Positions 48,319 through 58,199 of a stretch of DNA of 64,000 nt are shown piece by piece; the first letter of the stretch is position 1; the number at the start of each line of letters is the position of its first letter. Below the pieces are notes generated by a model. It ran no database searches. It was not told where the DNA came from and saw only the letters and a list, made by a program, of their open reading frames with translations. The DNA lies in NCBI GenBank assembly GCA_963775425.1, contig CAVZJB010000004.1, positions 256,001-320,000 of the forward strand, in the 5' to 3' direction. Source of the stretch: an uncultured delta proteobacterium (GTDB taxonomy: Bacteria > Myxococcota > UBA727 > VGSZ01). Both the position numbers and the translations under genes were made by a program.

Positions 48319-49584
48319 ATGAGCGACCCACTCGACTTCGACCTCAGCGACGCGGAAGAGAACATCCGCGCTTTCCTTCACACCTTCGCTCGCGACGCGC
48401 TCCGGCCGGCGAGCATCATCGCCGACGCCAACGAGCACGAAAGGCCGATGGCCGCCATCGAGGCGCTGCACGTGCTGCAGTCGAGCGCGAGCGGCGGACG
48501 CGGCGGCGCGGGGCCCGCCCGCGGCGTCGACCGGGCGCCCGGGGTGGCGATGCAGTCCATCGTGCGTGCCGAGGAGCTGTCGTGGGGCGCCGCGAGCGTG
48601 TTGCTGTCGCGCCCGGGGCCGGGGCTCGGGGGTGCCGCCATCCAGGCGTCGGGGACGCCGGCGCAGAGGGAGCAGTGGCTCGAGCGCTACGACGACGGGA
48701 CCATCCGCTTCGGCGCCATGGCGCTCACCGAGGCCAACGCCGGCAGCGACGTGAGCGGCATCGAGACCACCGCGGTGCTCGAGCGCGGTGACGACGGCGT
48801 CGAGCGCTGGGTGCTGAACGGCACCAAGATCTTCTGCACCAACGGCGCCTGCGCCGACGTCGTCGTCGTCTGGGCCACCGTCGACAAGAAGAAGGGCAAG
48901 GACGGCATCCGCGCGTTCATCGTCGAAAAGGGCACCCCCGGCTTCAAGATCGGCCGCCTGGAGAAGAAGATGGGCATCCGCGCGTCGGAGACGGCGGAGC
49001 TGGTCTTCGAGGACTGCCGCATCCCCAGGGAGAACCTGCTCGGCGACGCGCCCTCCGAGGGTGCGAGCACGCCGGCGGCCGGCAAGAAGGCCGGGTTCAA
49101 GGGCGCCATGGCCACCTTCGACATGACGAGGCCGAGCGTCGCGGCGATGGCCATCGGCATCGCGCGCGCCGCGCTCGATTACACCGTCGCCGTCCTCGAC
49201 GAGGAGAGCGCGTCCGGCGCGTTCGAGCCGGGCTGGGGGCGGGCGCGCGCGCACCTGTCGGCGCTGCAGGACGAGGTCCAGGAGATGGACACCCAGATCG
49301 AGGCCGCCCGGCTGCTCACGCGGCGCGCGGCGTTCCTCCTCGACCAGAAGCTGCCGAACGCGCTCGAGGCATCGATGGCCAAGGCCAAGGCGGGCCGCGT
49401 CGTCGTCGACGTCTGCGCGCGGTGCGTCGAGATCCTCGGCCCGGCGGCGCTCACCCGCGCGCACCCGCTCGAGATGTGGCTGCGCGACAGCAAGGTCTTC
49501 GACATCTTCGAGGGGACAGGCCAGGTGCAGCGCCTGGTGATCGCGCGCAAGATCCTCGGCTACACGTCGAAAGAGCTCTCGTAG
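48319..49584 (+). CDS. Acyl-CoA dehydrogenase
   Basis: ALTEANAGSD, LNGTKIFCTNG, KMGIRAS, DIFEGTGQVQ. Confidence 0.92.
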   Translation: MSDPLDFDLSDAEENIRAFLHTFARDALRPASIIADANEHERPMAAIEALHVLQSSASGGRGGAGPARGVDRAPGVAMQSIVRAEELSWGAASVLLSRPGPGLGGAAIQASGTPAQREQWLERYDDGTIRFGAMALTEANAGSDVSGIETTAVLERGDDGVERWVLNGTKIFCTNGACADVVVVWATVDKKKGKDGIRAFIVEKGTPGFKIGRLEKKMGIRASETAELVFEDCRIPRENLLGDAPSEGASTPAAGKKAGFKGAMATFDMTRPSVAAMAIGIARAALDYTVAVLDEESASGAFEPGWGRARAHLSALQDEVQEMDTQIEAARLLTRRAAFLLDQKLPNALEASMAKAKAGRVVVDVCARCVEILGPAALTRAHPLEMWLRDSKVFDIFEGTGQVQRLVIARKILGYTSKELS

Positions 49585-49660
49585 GCCTCGTCACGCCGTC
49601 ATCGTTGTGCGCGGCCGGAAGCGCGCGCGAGCGGCGTCGCCTCGCTGTATCATCGCGCCG

Positions 49661-51082
49661 ATGCCGACGCTCCACGCGATCGACGCGCGCGAGGCGCTGC
49701 CCGAGGCCCACACGGCCAAGGCGGCCGTGGACGAGGCGTGCGTGCGCGCGCGCAAGGCGCAGCAGGCGTACGCGCCCACGTCGCTCGCCGATCGTGCCCA
49801 CTTGCTGCGCCGGATGCGCGCGGCCCTGGTGCGCAACGCCGAGGAGCTCATCGCGGTCGTGCGCGACGAGAGCGGCAAGGTGCGCTTCGAGGCCATCACC
49901 CTCGAGATCGTGCCCGCGGCGCTCGCCCTCACGTTCAACGCCTACGTCGTCGAGCGCGCCCTCCGCCCGGAGCGCGTGCGCCCCTTCCTCCCGCTGCCGC
50001 GCCGCGCGCGACGCACGTTCTCCCCGCGCGGCGTCGTCGGGCTCATCTCCCCCTACAACTACACGCTGGCCATCCCCATGAGCACGCTGGCCCCGGCCCT
50101 CGCGGCCGGCAATGCCGTGGTGTGGAAGCCGGCGCCCACGGGAATTCGCGCGGCCCACGCCCTCGTGCGCACCTTCGAGGACGCCGGCGTGCCGCGCGAC
50201 CTCGTCGTCGTCGTCGAGGGCGGCCCCGCCGCCGGCGGCGCGCTCGTCGAAGGGCCCATCGACCACCTCACCTTCGTCGGCAGCACCGCCGCCGGCCGCA
50301 AGGTCGCCGCGCGCTGCGGCGAGCGCTTGCTCCCGTGCGTGCTCGAGCTCGGCGGGAACGCCGCCGCCGTCGTCACGGCCGGCGCCGACATCGAACGCGC
50401 CAGCCGCGCCATCGTCTACGGCGGCCTCGCCAACGCGGGACAGAGCTGCGTCGCCGTGGAGCGCGTCTTCGCGGTGCCCGAGGTCTTCGACGCGTTGCTC
50501 GAGCGCACCGCCGACCTGGCCTCGCGCATCCGCATAGGCGAAGACGTGGCGCGCATCGACGAGCGCCAGCGGAAGAAGGTGGAGGCGTGGCGGCAGCAGG
50601 CGCTCGAGCACGGCGCCGTCTTTTACGGCGACGTCGTCGTCGACGTCACCGCCGCGCGCATGCCGGTGCTCGGCGGCGAGATCTTCGGGCCGGTGTTGCC
50701 GTTCTTCCGCGTCGCCAACGTCGACGAGGCCGTGCAGCGTGCCAACGTGGCGCAGCAGCAGCTCTGCGCGTACGCGTTCTGCGCGCCCGCGGAAGGTCGC
50801 GCGCTCGCCAAGAGGCTCAAGGCGCCCCACGTCGCCGTCAACGACACCATGATCACCTACGCCATGATGGAGCTGCCGTTCGGCGGCGACGGCGCATCGG
50901 GCTTCGGGCGGGTCCACGGCGTCGAAGGGCTGCGCGCGCTCGCGCGAGAGCAGATCGTCGTGGACGGAAAGCTGCCGCTCGACAAGGAGCCGTGGTGGTT
51001 GCCGTACAACGACGGCGTCGGCGAGCTCGTCCTGCGCGGCCTCGAGCACGCGCTCGCCGTGCGGGAGAAGTTGCCATGGTGA
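49661..51082 (+). CDS. Aldehyde dehydrogenase
   Basis: ISPYNY, FVGST, LELGG, NAGQSC, EIFGP. Confidence 0.92.
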   Translation: MPTLHAIDAREALPEAHTAKAAVDEACVRARKAQQAYAPTSLADRAHLLRRMRAALVRNAEELIAVVRDESGKVRFEAITLEIVPAALALTFNAYVVERALRPERVRPFLPLPRRARRTFSPRGVVGLISPYNYTLAIPMSTLAPALAAGNAVVWKPAPTGIRAAHALVRTFEDAGVPRDLVVVVEGGPAAGGALVEGPIDHLTFVGSTAAGRKVAARCGERLLPCVLELGGNAAAVVTAGADIERASRAIVYGGLANAGQSCVAVERVFAVPEVFDALLERTADLASRIRIGEDVARIDERQRKKVEAWRQQALEHGAVFYGDVVVDVTAARMPVLGGEIFGPVLPFFRVANVDEAVQRANVAQQQLCAYAFCAPAEGRALAKRLKAPHVAVNDTMITYAMMELPFGGDGASGFGRVHGVEGLRALAREQIVVDGKLPLDKEPWWLPYNDGVGELVLRGLEHALAVREKLPW

Positions 51083-51104
51083 ATCTGACAGACATGGGGG
51101 CGCG

Positions 51105-51557
51105 ATGAAGTCACACGAGGTCATCAAGGCAACCGTCGACAAGCTCGGCGCCAAGAAGGTCTCCAGCGAGATCGGCGTGTCGCTCTCGCTCCTGTACAAG
51201 TGGAGCGAATCCGCCGAGGAGAGCGGTGCCGCCAACCCGCTCGATCGCGTCGCGCAGATCTGCAAGGTCACCGACGACACCCGCCCCGTCGCCTGGCTCG
51301 CAGCGCAGATGGACGGCGTCTACGTGAAGAACCCGGTGAGCACCGGCGAGCAGGTCGACGTCCTCCAGCAGACGCAGCGGCTGGTCACCGCCTTCTCCGA
51401 CATGCTGCAGGCGGTCTCCAAGGGCTGGGAAGACGCCGAGCTCACCGTCGCCGAGGCCGAGAAGATCCGCGCCGAGTGGGACGAGCTGAAGAGCGTCGCC
51501 GAGACCTTCGTCATCGGATGCGAGCAGCACGCGCAGAAGAAGAGCCCGCGCCGCTGA
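51105..51557 (+). CDS. Phage regulatory CII-like HTH protein
   Basis: GAKKVSSEIGVSLSLLYKW...NPLDRV...LTVAEAEKIRAEWDELK pattern. Confidence 0.65.
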   Translation: MKSHEVIKATVDKLGAKKVSSEIGVSLSLLYKWSESAEESGAANPLDRVAQICKVTDDTRPVAWLAAQMDGVYVKNPVSTGEQVDVLQQTQRLVTAFSDMLQAVSKGWEDAELTVAEAEKIRAEWDELKSVAETFVIGCEQHAQKKSPRR

Positions 51558-51590
51558 CCGGCGCGAGGACTCGTCGCGCCGCAGACGCGG

Positions 51591-52715
51591 TCACGCCGGT
51601 GAGTTGCTGTCGAGGATGAAGTGGGCGACGTCGGTCCACAGCGCGTCGAACTGCGCGCGCTTGAAGCCTGTGCCCGTCAAGAGCCAGTCGATGTGCGGCG
51701 GATCGGTGTCGGGGTCGTCGAAGTGGCCGATGACGTCGTGGTGATCGGCCTTGACCGCGCGCAGCAACGGGCCGTGGAACTGCGAGAGCGTGGGGACGAT
51801 GCCGTCGTTGTCGGCGGGCTCCGGCATATCACCGAGCGCGGCGACGAGCGCCGGGCCCGCTTCGAGGGCCTCCGGCGGCGTAGCCGTCGCCGCCGGCGAG
51901 AGCGCCGCGAGCCGATAGAGCGCGTGATAGATGGCGTGGCTCGCCTGCGCATACGGCGACAGCCCCGTCTCGATCGTGGAGCGCATGCCGGGCCGCCGCG
52001 CCTCGGTGACGATGCAGGTGTAGCGCACGCCGGGCCGATCGTGGGTCTGCGCGTCGAAGTGCTGCGCGAGCTCCGGCGTGAGCTCGTCGAGGAGCGCCTG
52101 GTCCTTGGCGACGTCCTCGAACAGTTGGTGCAGCGCGATGCGGCGGTCCGCCGTGAGATCGGCGAGCAGCTCCTGCGTGAGCTGGTCGACGAAGTCGGGC
52201 TTGGCGCCCACGGCGGTGTCGAGCGCCGCGAGCACGCCGGCGAGCGCCGTGACCGCGGCGACGGGGAGCGGGCCGAGCTTGAGCGTGCGGATGGTCATCA
52301 ACGCGAGCAGTTGGAGGATCTGCTTTCCGAACGCGGTGCGAAACGCCGACGCGAGCGGCGTCCCGCGGTGCGCGCCCGCGACGGACACGACGCTCTTTGT
52401 CCGCGCGAGGAGCGGGTCGTCGGGGTGGCGCTCCGGATCGAGCAGCAAGCGCGCGTCGAGCGCGCCGGTGGAGTGACCGACGATATGGATGGCGCCTTCA
52501 TCGCCCGCGGTCTCCTGGATGATCTCCCGGAGCTTCTGCGCGCGGCGCGCGATGGCCGCGGTGGGCAGCGTGTCTACGCGGTGGACTTGCACGTCTTCGC
52601 CGAGGCGGCGAAAGCCGTCGTCGAGCGCCTCCTTCACGTGCTGGAAGTACTTCATCTCTCCGAGGGCGGCGAAGCCGAAGAAGCCCGGGACGAGGTAGAC
52701 GCGCGTAACGGTCAA
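51591..52715 (-). CDS. Alpha/beta hydrolase, triacylglycerol lipase-like
   Basis: LVPGFFGF, GHSTG, HRGTPLA, NDGIVP, DHHDVIG; start (TTG 52715) uncertain. Confidence 0.85.
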   Translation of the reverse strand: MTVTRVYLVPGFFGFAALGEMKYFQHVKEALDDGFRRLGEDVQVHRVDTLPTAAIARRAQKLREIIQETAGDEGAIHIVGHSTGALDARLLLDPERHPDDPLLARTKSVVSVAGAHRGTPLASAFRTAFGKQILQLLALMTIRTLKLGPLPVAAVTALAGVLAALDTAVGAKPDFVDQLTQELLADLTADRRIALHQLFEDVAKDQALLDELTPELAQHFDAQTHDRPGVRYTCIVTEARRPGMRSTIETGLSPYAQASHAIYHALYRLAALSPAATATPPEALEAGPALVAALGDMPEPADNDGIVPTLSQFHGPLLRAVKADHHDVIGHFDDPDTDPPHIDWLLTGTGFKRAQFDALWTDVAHFILDSNSPA

Positions 52716-52725
52716 AGCGGGCCCT

Positions 52726-53880
52726 TCAGTGACGACAACAGCAGCGGCGCGCGCGCTCGTCGAGTGAGCTCTCCGCGAACGACATGGCCGCCTTGATGTC
52801 GAACGTGATCTTTGCAACCGCGCGCGCGATCTGCCCGGCGGCCTCGTCGAGGCAACGCTTGGCGACGGTGGACTCGCAGCGAAAGACCCGCTTCTCCTCC
52901 TGCGCCTCGCCCGAAGCGGTCTTGATGGAGAGCGGGACCTCGAACCGGTTGTTGAGAGAGGCCTCGCCGCCGCCGCAGTGAGCCGTGCCGATGCCGCGGA
53001 GGCCCGACGGGATCACGGAGGCGGGCAGCTCCGCCACGAGCGCCCCTGCGTGCAGCTCGATCATCGCTCCGCCCGGGTGATCGCCGGTGATGATGCCGCT
53101 CACCACACGCACGGAGGGATCGCTGCTGCGCCACTCGATGCGCTCACCGGGCACGACCACCCCGTGCGAGAGCGCCTCTCCCTCGAGCCTGACGTCGTCT
53201 CCTTCGAGGACCTCGCAGGAGCGTTCGCTCGCAGGCGCGGTCGCGCCCTTCTTGGCCACCACGACGAGCGGCGGCCACGGGCAAGTCAAGCGGAGCTCGT
53301 CGATGGCGGGGCGCACCTCGAGCTTCACCTCGGTGGCCTTCTTGCCGCAGCGGGCGGTGATGGCGACGGTGCCCGCGGCGACACCGGTGACGTAGCCCTG
53401 TGCGTCCACCTTGGCCGTCTCCGGCGCCGACGAGCTCCACTCGATGGTCTCCGTGACCTTCTCGCCGAGCCCCGACGCCACCGCCTCCAACGCGATGTTC
53501 TCGCCGGCGTGGAGCCCGCACGGCTCGGGACAGATGACGTGCACGTCGTCGACGACGCTCACGTGGACCGGCAGCTCGGCCTTGGGCAGGCCCTCGGCGG
53601 TGGCCACCACCTTGGCGTCGCCGTTCTTGGCGGGGAGGATCTTGCCGTTATCCAGCGTGAGGGCGCCCGGCGGATCGACGGAGAGCGTGAAGCGCGGCGT
53701 CTTCTTCAGGGGCTTGCCGTCCTTGTCGAGCGCCACCACTCTCGGCACCGGCACCGCGTGGTCTTCGTCGATGCTGAGCGGTGTCTTCGGCTCGAACGCG
53801 AGCGCCGCCGGGCGGTTGCACCCCGTCGCCGCCAGGGCGAGGAGCGCGGCCGCCGCCAGGGCTGGCGCGCGCACGGTCAC
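52726..53880 (-). CDS. Ig-like (Big_2) domain lipoprotein
   Basis: GTGA overlap with prfC; lipobox-like ATGC; WSSSAPETAKVDAQGYVTGVAAGTVAITA. Confidence 0.8.
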   Translation of the reverse strand: MTVRAPALAAAALLALAATGCNRPAALAFEPKTPLSIDEDHAVPVPRVVALDKDGKPLKKTPRFTLSVDPPGALTLDNGKILPAKNGDAKVVATAEGLPKAELPVHVSVVDDVHVICPEPCGLHAGENIALEAVASGLGEKVTETIEWSSSAPETAKVDAQGYVTGVAAGTVAITARCGKKATEVKLEVRPAIDELRLTCPWPPLVVVAKKGATAPASERSCEVLEGDDVRLEGEALSHGVVVPGERIEWRSSDPSVRVVSGIITGDHPGGAMIELHAGALVAELPASVIPSGLRGIGTAHCGGGEASLNNRFEVPLSIKTASGEAQEEKRVFRCESTVAKRCLDEAAGQIARAVAKITFDIKAAMSFAESSLDERARRCCCRH

Positions 53881-55493
53881 GCCTTCGCCCGCCCCGGCTG
53901 CACCGCGGCCACGAACGTCAGCTCCGCGTGCTTGTCCTCGAAGCGCCGCCGCATCCAATCGCTCTCGAACAGAAAGAGAGGGCGATCCTCGACGTCGAAG
54001 AAGCACTCCACGCTCGACTGCCGCACAAGCGTAGCGACGTCGACGGCGGCGCCGTCGGCCGCGAACACCCAGCGCGCCTGCGTGAACGGCAGCCGCTCGA
54101 GCTTGGCGTCCACCGAGTACTCCGCCTTCAACCGGTGCTGCAGCACCTCGAACTGCAACCAGCCCACCGCGCCGAGCACGGGATCGACGAACGCCTCGTC
54201 GCGCTCGCGGAAGAGCTGCACGGCGCCTTCGTCGGCGAGCTGCGAGAGGCCCTTTTGGAGCTGCTTGCGCTTGAGCGGGTCCGCGAGGCGCACGCGCACG
54301 AAGTGCTCCGGAGAAAACGACGGCATCCCCGAAAACGCGGGCATGTCTCCCTTGGCCGCCAGGGTGTCGCCGATGCGCAGGTTGCCGGGGTCCCACAGCC
54401 CGAGGATGTCGCCGGAGAACGCCTCGTCGACGACGGTGCGCTCCTGCGCCAGGAACATGAGCGGCCGATCGAGCGACAGGGTCTTCCCGGTGCGCAACAG
54501 CTTGGCGTCCATGCCCCGGTCGAACCGCCCCGAGCAGATGCGCACGAACGCGATGCGGTCGCGGTGCTTGGGATCCATGTTCGCCTGGATCTTGAAGACG
54601 AACCCGGAGAACGCCGGGTTGGCAGGGTCGACGAGGGTGTCGCCGGCGGCGCGCGGCAGCGGCGCCGGGCAGAGGTCGACGAAGCGGTCGAGGAACGGCT
54701 CCACGCCGAAGTTGTTCATCGCGGACCCGAAGAACACCGGCGTCACCTGGCCCTCCATGAAGGCCTCGTGGGAGAACGCGTTGCCGGCATCGTCGAGCAG
54801 GGCGATCTCGTCGCGCAGCTTGGCCGTGCTCGTCTCGCCGAGCGTCTCGCTGAGCTCGTCGAGCGAGCCGACCGCCATGGACGCGCGCTTGCCGCGCTCT
54901 TCGCGTTCAAAGGTGAGGAAGCGCCGGGTCTCGCGCTCGAACACCCCCTGGAAGTCGCGGCCCATGCCGACGGGCCACGTGAGCGGCGACGTCGGGATGC
55001 CCAGCACCTGCTCGATCTCGTCGAGGAGCTCGAGCGGCGGCTTGCCCTCACGGTCCATCTTGTTCACGAACGTGACGATGGGGATCTTCCTCAGCCGGCA
55101 GACCTGGAACAGCTTGATGGTCTGCGGCTCCACGCCCTTGGCGACGTCGACGAGCATGACGGCGCAGTCGGCGGCGGCGAGGGTGCGGTAGGTGTCCTCG
55201 GAGAAGTCGTTGTGTCCCGGCGTGTCGAGCAGGTTGAACCGCCTGCCCATGTGCTCGAACTGCATGACGCTCGTGGCCACCGAGATGCCGCGCTCCTTCT
55301 CGATGGCCATCCAGTCGCTGGTGGCGTGACGCGCGGCGCGGCGCGCCTTGACGCTGCCGGCGAGGTGGATGGCGCCGCCGTAGAGCAGGAGCTTCTCGGT
55401 GAGCGTGGTCTTTCCCGCATCCGGGTGCGAGATGATGGCGAACGTGCGACGTCGCTTGACCTCGCGCTCGAGCGCCTCCTGTTCTACGGCCAT
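53877..55493 (-). CDS. prfC: Peptide chain release factor 3
   Basis: RRTFAIISHPDAGKTT, DTPGH, FKIQANMDPKHRDR. Confidence 0.96.
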   Translation of the reverse strand: MAVEQEALEREVKRRRTFAIISHPDAGKTTLTEKLLLYGGAIHLAGSVKARRAARHATSDWMAIEKERGISVATSVMQFEHMGRRFNLLDTPGHNDFSEDTYRTLAAADCAVMLVDVAKGVEPQTIKLFQVCRLRKIPIVTFVNKMDREGKPPLELLDEIEQVLGIPTSPLTWPVGMGRDFQGVFERETRRFLTFEREERGKRASMAVGSLDELSETLGETSTAKLRDEIALLDDAGNAFSHEAFMEGQVTPVFFGSAMNNFGVEPFLDRFVDLCPAPLPRAAGDTLVDPANPAFSGFVFKIQANMDPKHRDRIAFVRICSGRFDRGMDAKLLRTGKTLSLDRPLMFLAQERTVVDEAFSGDILGLWDPGNLRIGDTLAAKGDMPAFSGMPSFSPEHFVRVRLADPLKRKQLQKGLSQLADEGAVQLFRERDEAFVDPVLGAVGWLQFEVLQHRLKAEYSVDAKLERLPFTQARWVFAADGAAVDVATLVRQSSVECFFDVEDRPLFLFESDWMRRRFEDKHAELTFVAAVQPGRAKA

Positions 55494-55843
55494 AGCGCAC
55501 ACGATACCGTCTGGGTCGTGGGACGAAAGCCCCTTCGCGCGGCCGTCACGCGGACGTGTCACGGGTGGATCGAGGCTGCCCGCCGCCGCCGCGACGACGT
55601 CGAGGGCGGCGCGGCCTGCGGCGACGCCTCGAGACGGACGGTGGCCTCGCGGTAGAGCCGTGGGTCGAAGCGCGCCTCGAAGCGCAAGGTCGCGACGGGT
55701 GGCGTCGCGTCGACGCGCTCGACTGTGAAGCGCCGCGAGCCGAGCTCGCGCGTCTTCACCAGCACCCGCGGCGGCCAGCCAAAGTGGAGGCACAGCGGAG
55801 GGACCGATCAGGTTATGCGTGTACTTATGTAACCGCTGCCGGC

Positions 55844-56884
55844 TCAGAAGAGGCTGAGCTGCGGCCCCTTCTTCGCCGGGCGCGAAAACGTCGTCGCCGG
55901 CGCGTGCGAGCCGTCGTGGGCGCGGCGCTCCCACAGGCCGAAGCGCTTGGCGGACGAGGTGAAGACCTGCGCGATGGTCTCCGCGTAGCGCCCCTCGCCC
56001 ACCTGTCGCTTGCCGAAGCGCGGATCGTACAGCTCCCCGTGCCGTGTCTCGCGCAGGCGATGGAGGATCTTGTCCGCGCGCAGGGGGAACGCCGCGCGCA
56101 CGCGCTCCTCGAACACCGCCTTCACGGAGCCCGGCAGGCGCAGCAGCACGTAGCCCGCGTGGCCGGCGCCGGCGGCGGCGGCGGCTTCGAGGATGCGGGG
56201 GATGTCCTCGTCGTTGAGCCCGGGGATGACCGGCGCGAGCATCACGCCGACCGGGATGCCGGCCTTGGCGAGCGCCTCCACCGCCTGCAGCCGGCGGCGC
56301 GGCGACGGCACCCACGGCTCGATCTTTCGCGCGTTGTCCTCGTCGAAGAACGGGACGCTGATGCTGACGTTGACGCGCGCCTCGCGATGAAGCTGCTGCA
56401 GCACGTCGATGTCACGCTCGACGAGGGCGGACTTTGTGATGATGCCCGTCGGGTTCTTGTATTCGGCGAGCACCTCGAGGCAGGCGCGGGTGAGCCCGTA
56501 GCTGGCCTCGAGCGGCTGGTAGCAGTCCGTGACGCCGGAAAAGACGATGGTCTCGCCCTGCCATGACCTCTTGTCGAGCGCGGCGCGCAGGAGCTCGGGT
56601 GCCTTGCGCTTGACGCCGATGCGCGTGTCGAAGTCCGTGCCGGCGCCCAGGGACAGGTACTCGTGCGTGGGCCGCGCGTAGCAGTAGGCGCACGCGTGCT
56701 GGCAGCCGCGGTACGGGTTCACGCTCCAGCGAAAGCCGAGATTGGGGCTGTCGTTGTGCGCGAGGATCTCCCGCGTGTGGTCCTCCCAGACCTCGGGGAG
56801 CGCGCCGGGGTCGCAGCCCTCGAGGTACTCGCGCGACGACGACGCAAAGGGGTTCGGCGGGTTGGAGATGGGGCGGCGATCCAC
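55844..56884 (-). CDS. Radical SAM protein, PA0069/Rv2578c (spore photoproduct lyase-like) family
   Basis: NPYRGCQHACAYCYARPTH, TDCYQP, ITKS, APVIPGLND, QLSLF tail. Confidence 0.92.
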   Translation of the reverse strand: MDRRPISNPPNPFASSSREYLEGCDPGALPEVWEDHTREILAHNDSPNLGFRWSVNPYRGCQHACAYCYARPTHEYLSLGAGTDFDTRIGVKRKAPELLRAALDKRSWQGETIVFSGVTDCYQPLEASYGLTRACLEVLAEYKNPTGIITKSALVERDIDVLQQLHREARVNVSISVPFFDEDNARKIEPWVPSPRRRLQAVEALAKAGIPVGVMLAPVIPGLNDEDIPRILEAAAAAGAGHAGYVLLRLPGSVKAVFEERVRAAFPLRADKILHRLRETRHGELYDPRFGKRQVGEGRYAETIAQVFTSSAKRFGLWERRAHDGSHAPATTFSRPAKKGPQLSLF

Positions 56885-56899
56885 CCGCGCACGGTAGCG

Positions 56900-56916
56900 C
56901 TGAACATGCGTTCAGG
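56900..56916. promoter_or_regulatory. LexA (SOS) box, Myxococcus type
   Basis: CTGAACATGCGTTCAGG fits CTRHAMRYBYGTTCAGS at all 17 positions, 15 nt upstream of the radical SAM start. Confidence 0.8.
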
Positions 56917-56993
56917 CAACGCCGGTCGCGTTGTGGCCCCGGCCGGGCGTACCCGCTTGACCTCGGTCGCGGGCACGCGAGCCTGCCGTCGAC

Positions 56994-58199
56994 GTGCGGC
57001 ACATCCATCTCGATCCGCTCGGCGGCGTCGCCGGCGACATGTTTGCGGCGGCGCTCCTCGACGCGTGGCCAGCGCTCGGCGACGACCTCTTGACGGACCT
57101 GCGCCGCGCCGGCCTCGCCGACGACGTCGCCGTCCGCGTCGAGCGCGTGACCGGCGAGGTCCTCGCCGGCGCGCGCTTCGTCGTCGACGACCCCCGTGAG
57201 CGGAGCGCGCCGCGCCCGCCGCACCACGCCGTGCTCACGCACGAGGCCGGGCACGCGCACGTGCCCTTCCCCGAGATCCGCGCGCGCATCGCCGCCAGCG
57301 GCCTCGACCCGGGCGTCGTCGCGCGGGCGCAGGACATCTTCCTCCTGCTCGCGCAGGCGGAGGCGGCGGTGCACGGCTTCGCCGACGTCGACGCCGTCGT
57401 ATTCCACGAGGTCGGCGCCATGGACTCCGTCGCCGACGTCGTCACCGCCGCGCTGCTCATCGAGCGCTCGGGCGCGTCATCGTGGTCCTGCGGCCCGGTG
57501 CCCCTCGGCAGCGGCACCGTGCAGACGGCGCACGGCGTGCTCCCGGTGCCGGCGCCGGCCACGCGCGCGCTCCTCGAGGGTCTGCCCGTCTTCGACGACG
57601 GCCGCGGCGGCGAGCGCGTGACCCCGACGGGCGCGGCCATCCTCAAGCACCTCGCGCCGGCGCGCGCGCGCCCCGCGGGCGTGCTGGGCGCGTGCGGCAC
57701 GGGCTGGGGGACCAAGCGCTTCCCCGGGCTGCCCAACGTGCTGCGCGCGTACGCCGTCGAGACCCACGCTGCGGCGACGTCCGTCCGGCGTGAGCTCGTC
57801 TGCGCGGTGAGCTTCGAGGTCGACGACCAGTCCGGCGAAGACCTCGCCGCCGGCCTCGACAGGATCCGCGACGTCGCCGGCGTCCTCGACGTCACGCAGG
57901 CCCCCGTGCTCGGCAAGAAGGGGCGGCTCGCGTCGTCGGTGCGCGTGCTCGCGCGCGCCGACGCCGAGGACGCCGCCGTGCGCGCGTGCCTCACCGAGAC
58001 CACGACGCTCGGCGTGCGCATCGAGCGCGTCGAGCGCGCGGTGCTCGCGCGCGAAGAGGTCGTCGTCGACGGCGTGCGCACCAAGCGCGCGCGGCGGCCC
58101 GACGGCAGCGTGAGCGTGAAGGCCGAAGCCGACGACCTCGCCGGCACCGCCGGCGCCGCGGCGCGCGCGACGAAGCGGCGCCGCGCGGAGCAGCCGTGA
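56994..58199 (+). CDS. larC: Nickel pincer cofactor nickel insertase LarC
   Basis: GVAGDM, His-rich patch, FHEVGAMDS, HGVLPVPAPAT, TPTGAAIL, ETTTLGVR. Confidence 0.92.
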   Translation: MRHIHLDPLGGVAGDMFAAALLDAWPALGDDLLTDLRRAGLADDVAVRVERVTGEVLAGARFVVDDPRERSAPRPPHHAVLTHEAGHAHVPFPEIRARIAASGLDPGVVARAQDIFLLLAQAEAAVHGFADVDAVVFHEVGAMDSVADVVTAALLIERSGASSWSCGPVPLGSGTVQTAHGVLPVPAPATRALLEGLPVFDDGRGGERVTPTGAAILKHLAPARARPAGVLGACGTGWGTKRFPGLPNVLRAYAVETHAAATSVRRELVCAVSFEVDDQSGEDLAAGLDRIRDVAGVLDVTQAPVLGKKGRLASSVRVLARADAEDAAVRACLTETTTLGVRIERVERAVLAREEVVVDGVRTKRARRPDGSVSVKAEADDLAGTAGAAARATKRRRAEQP

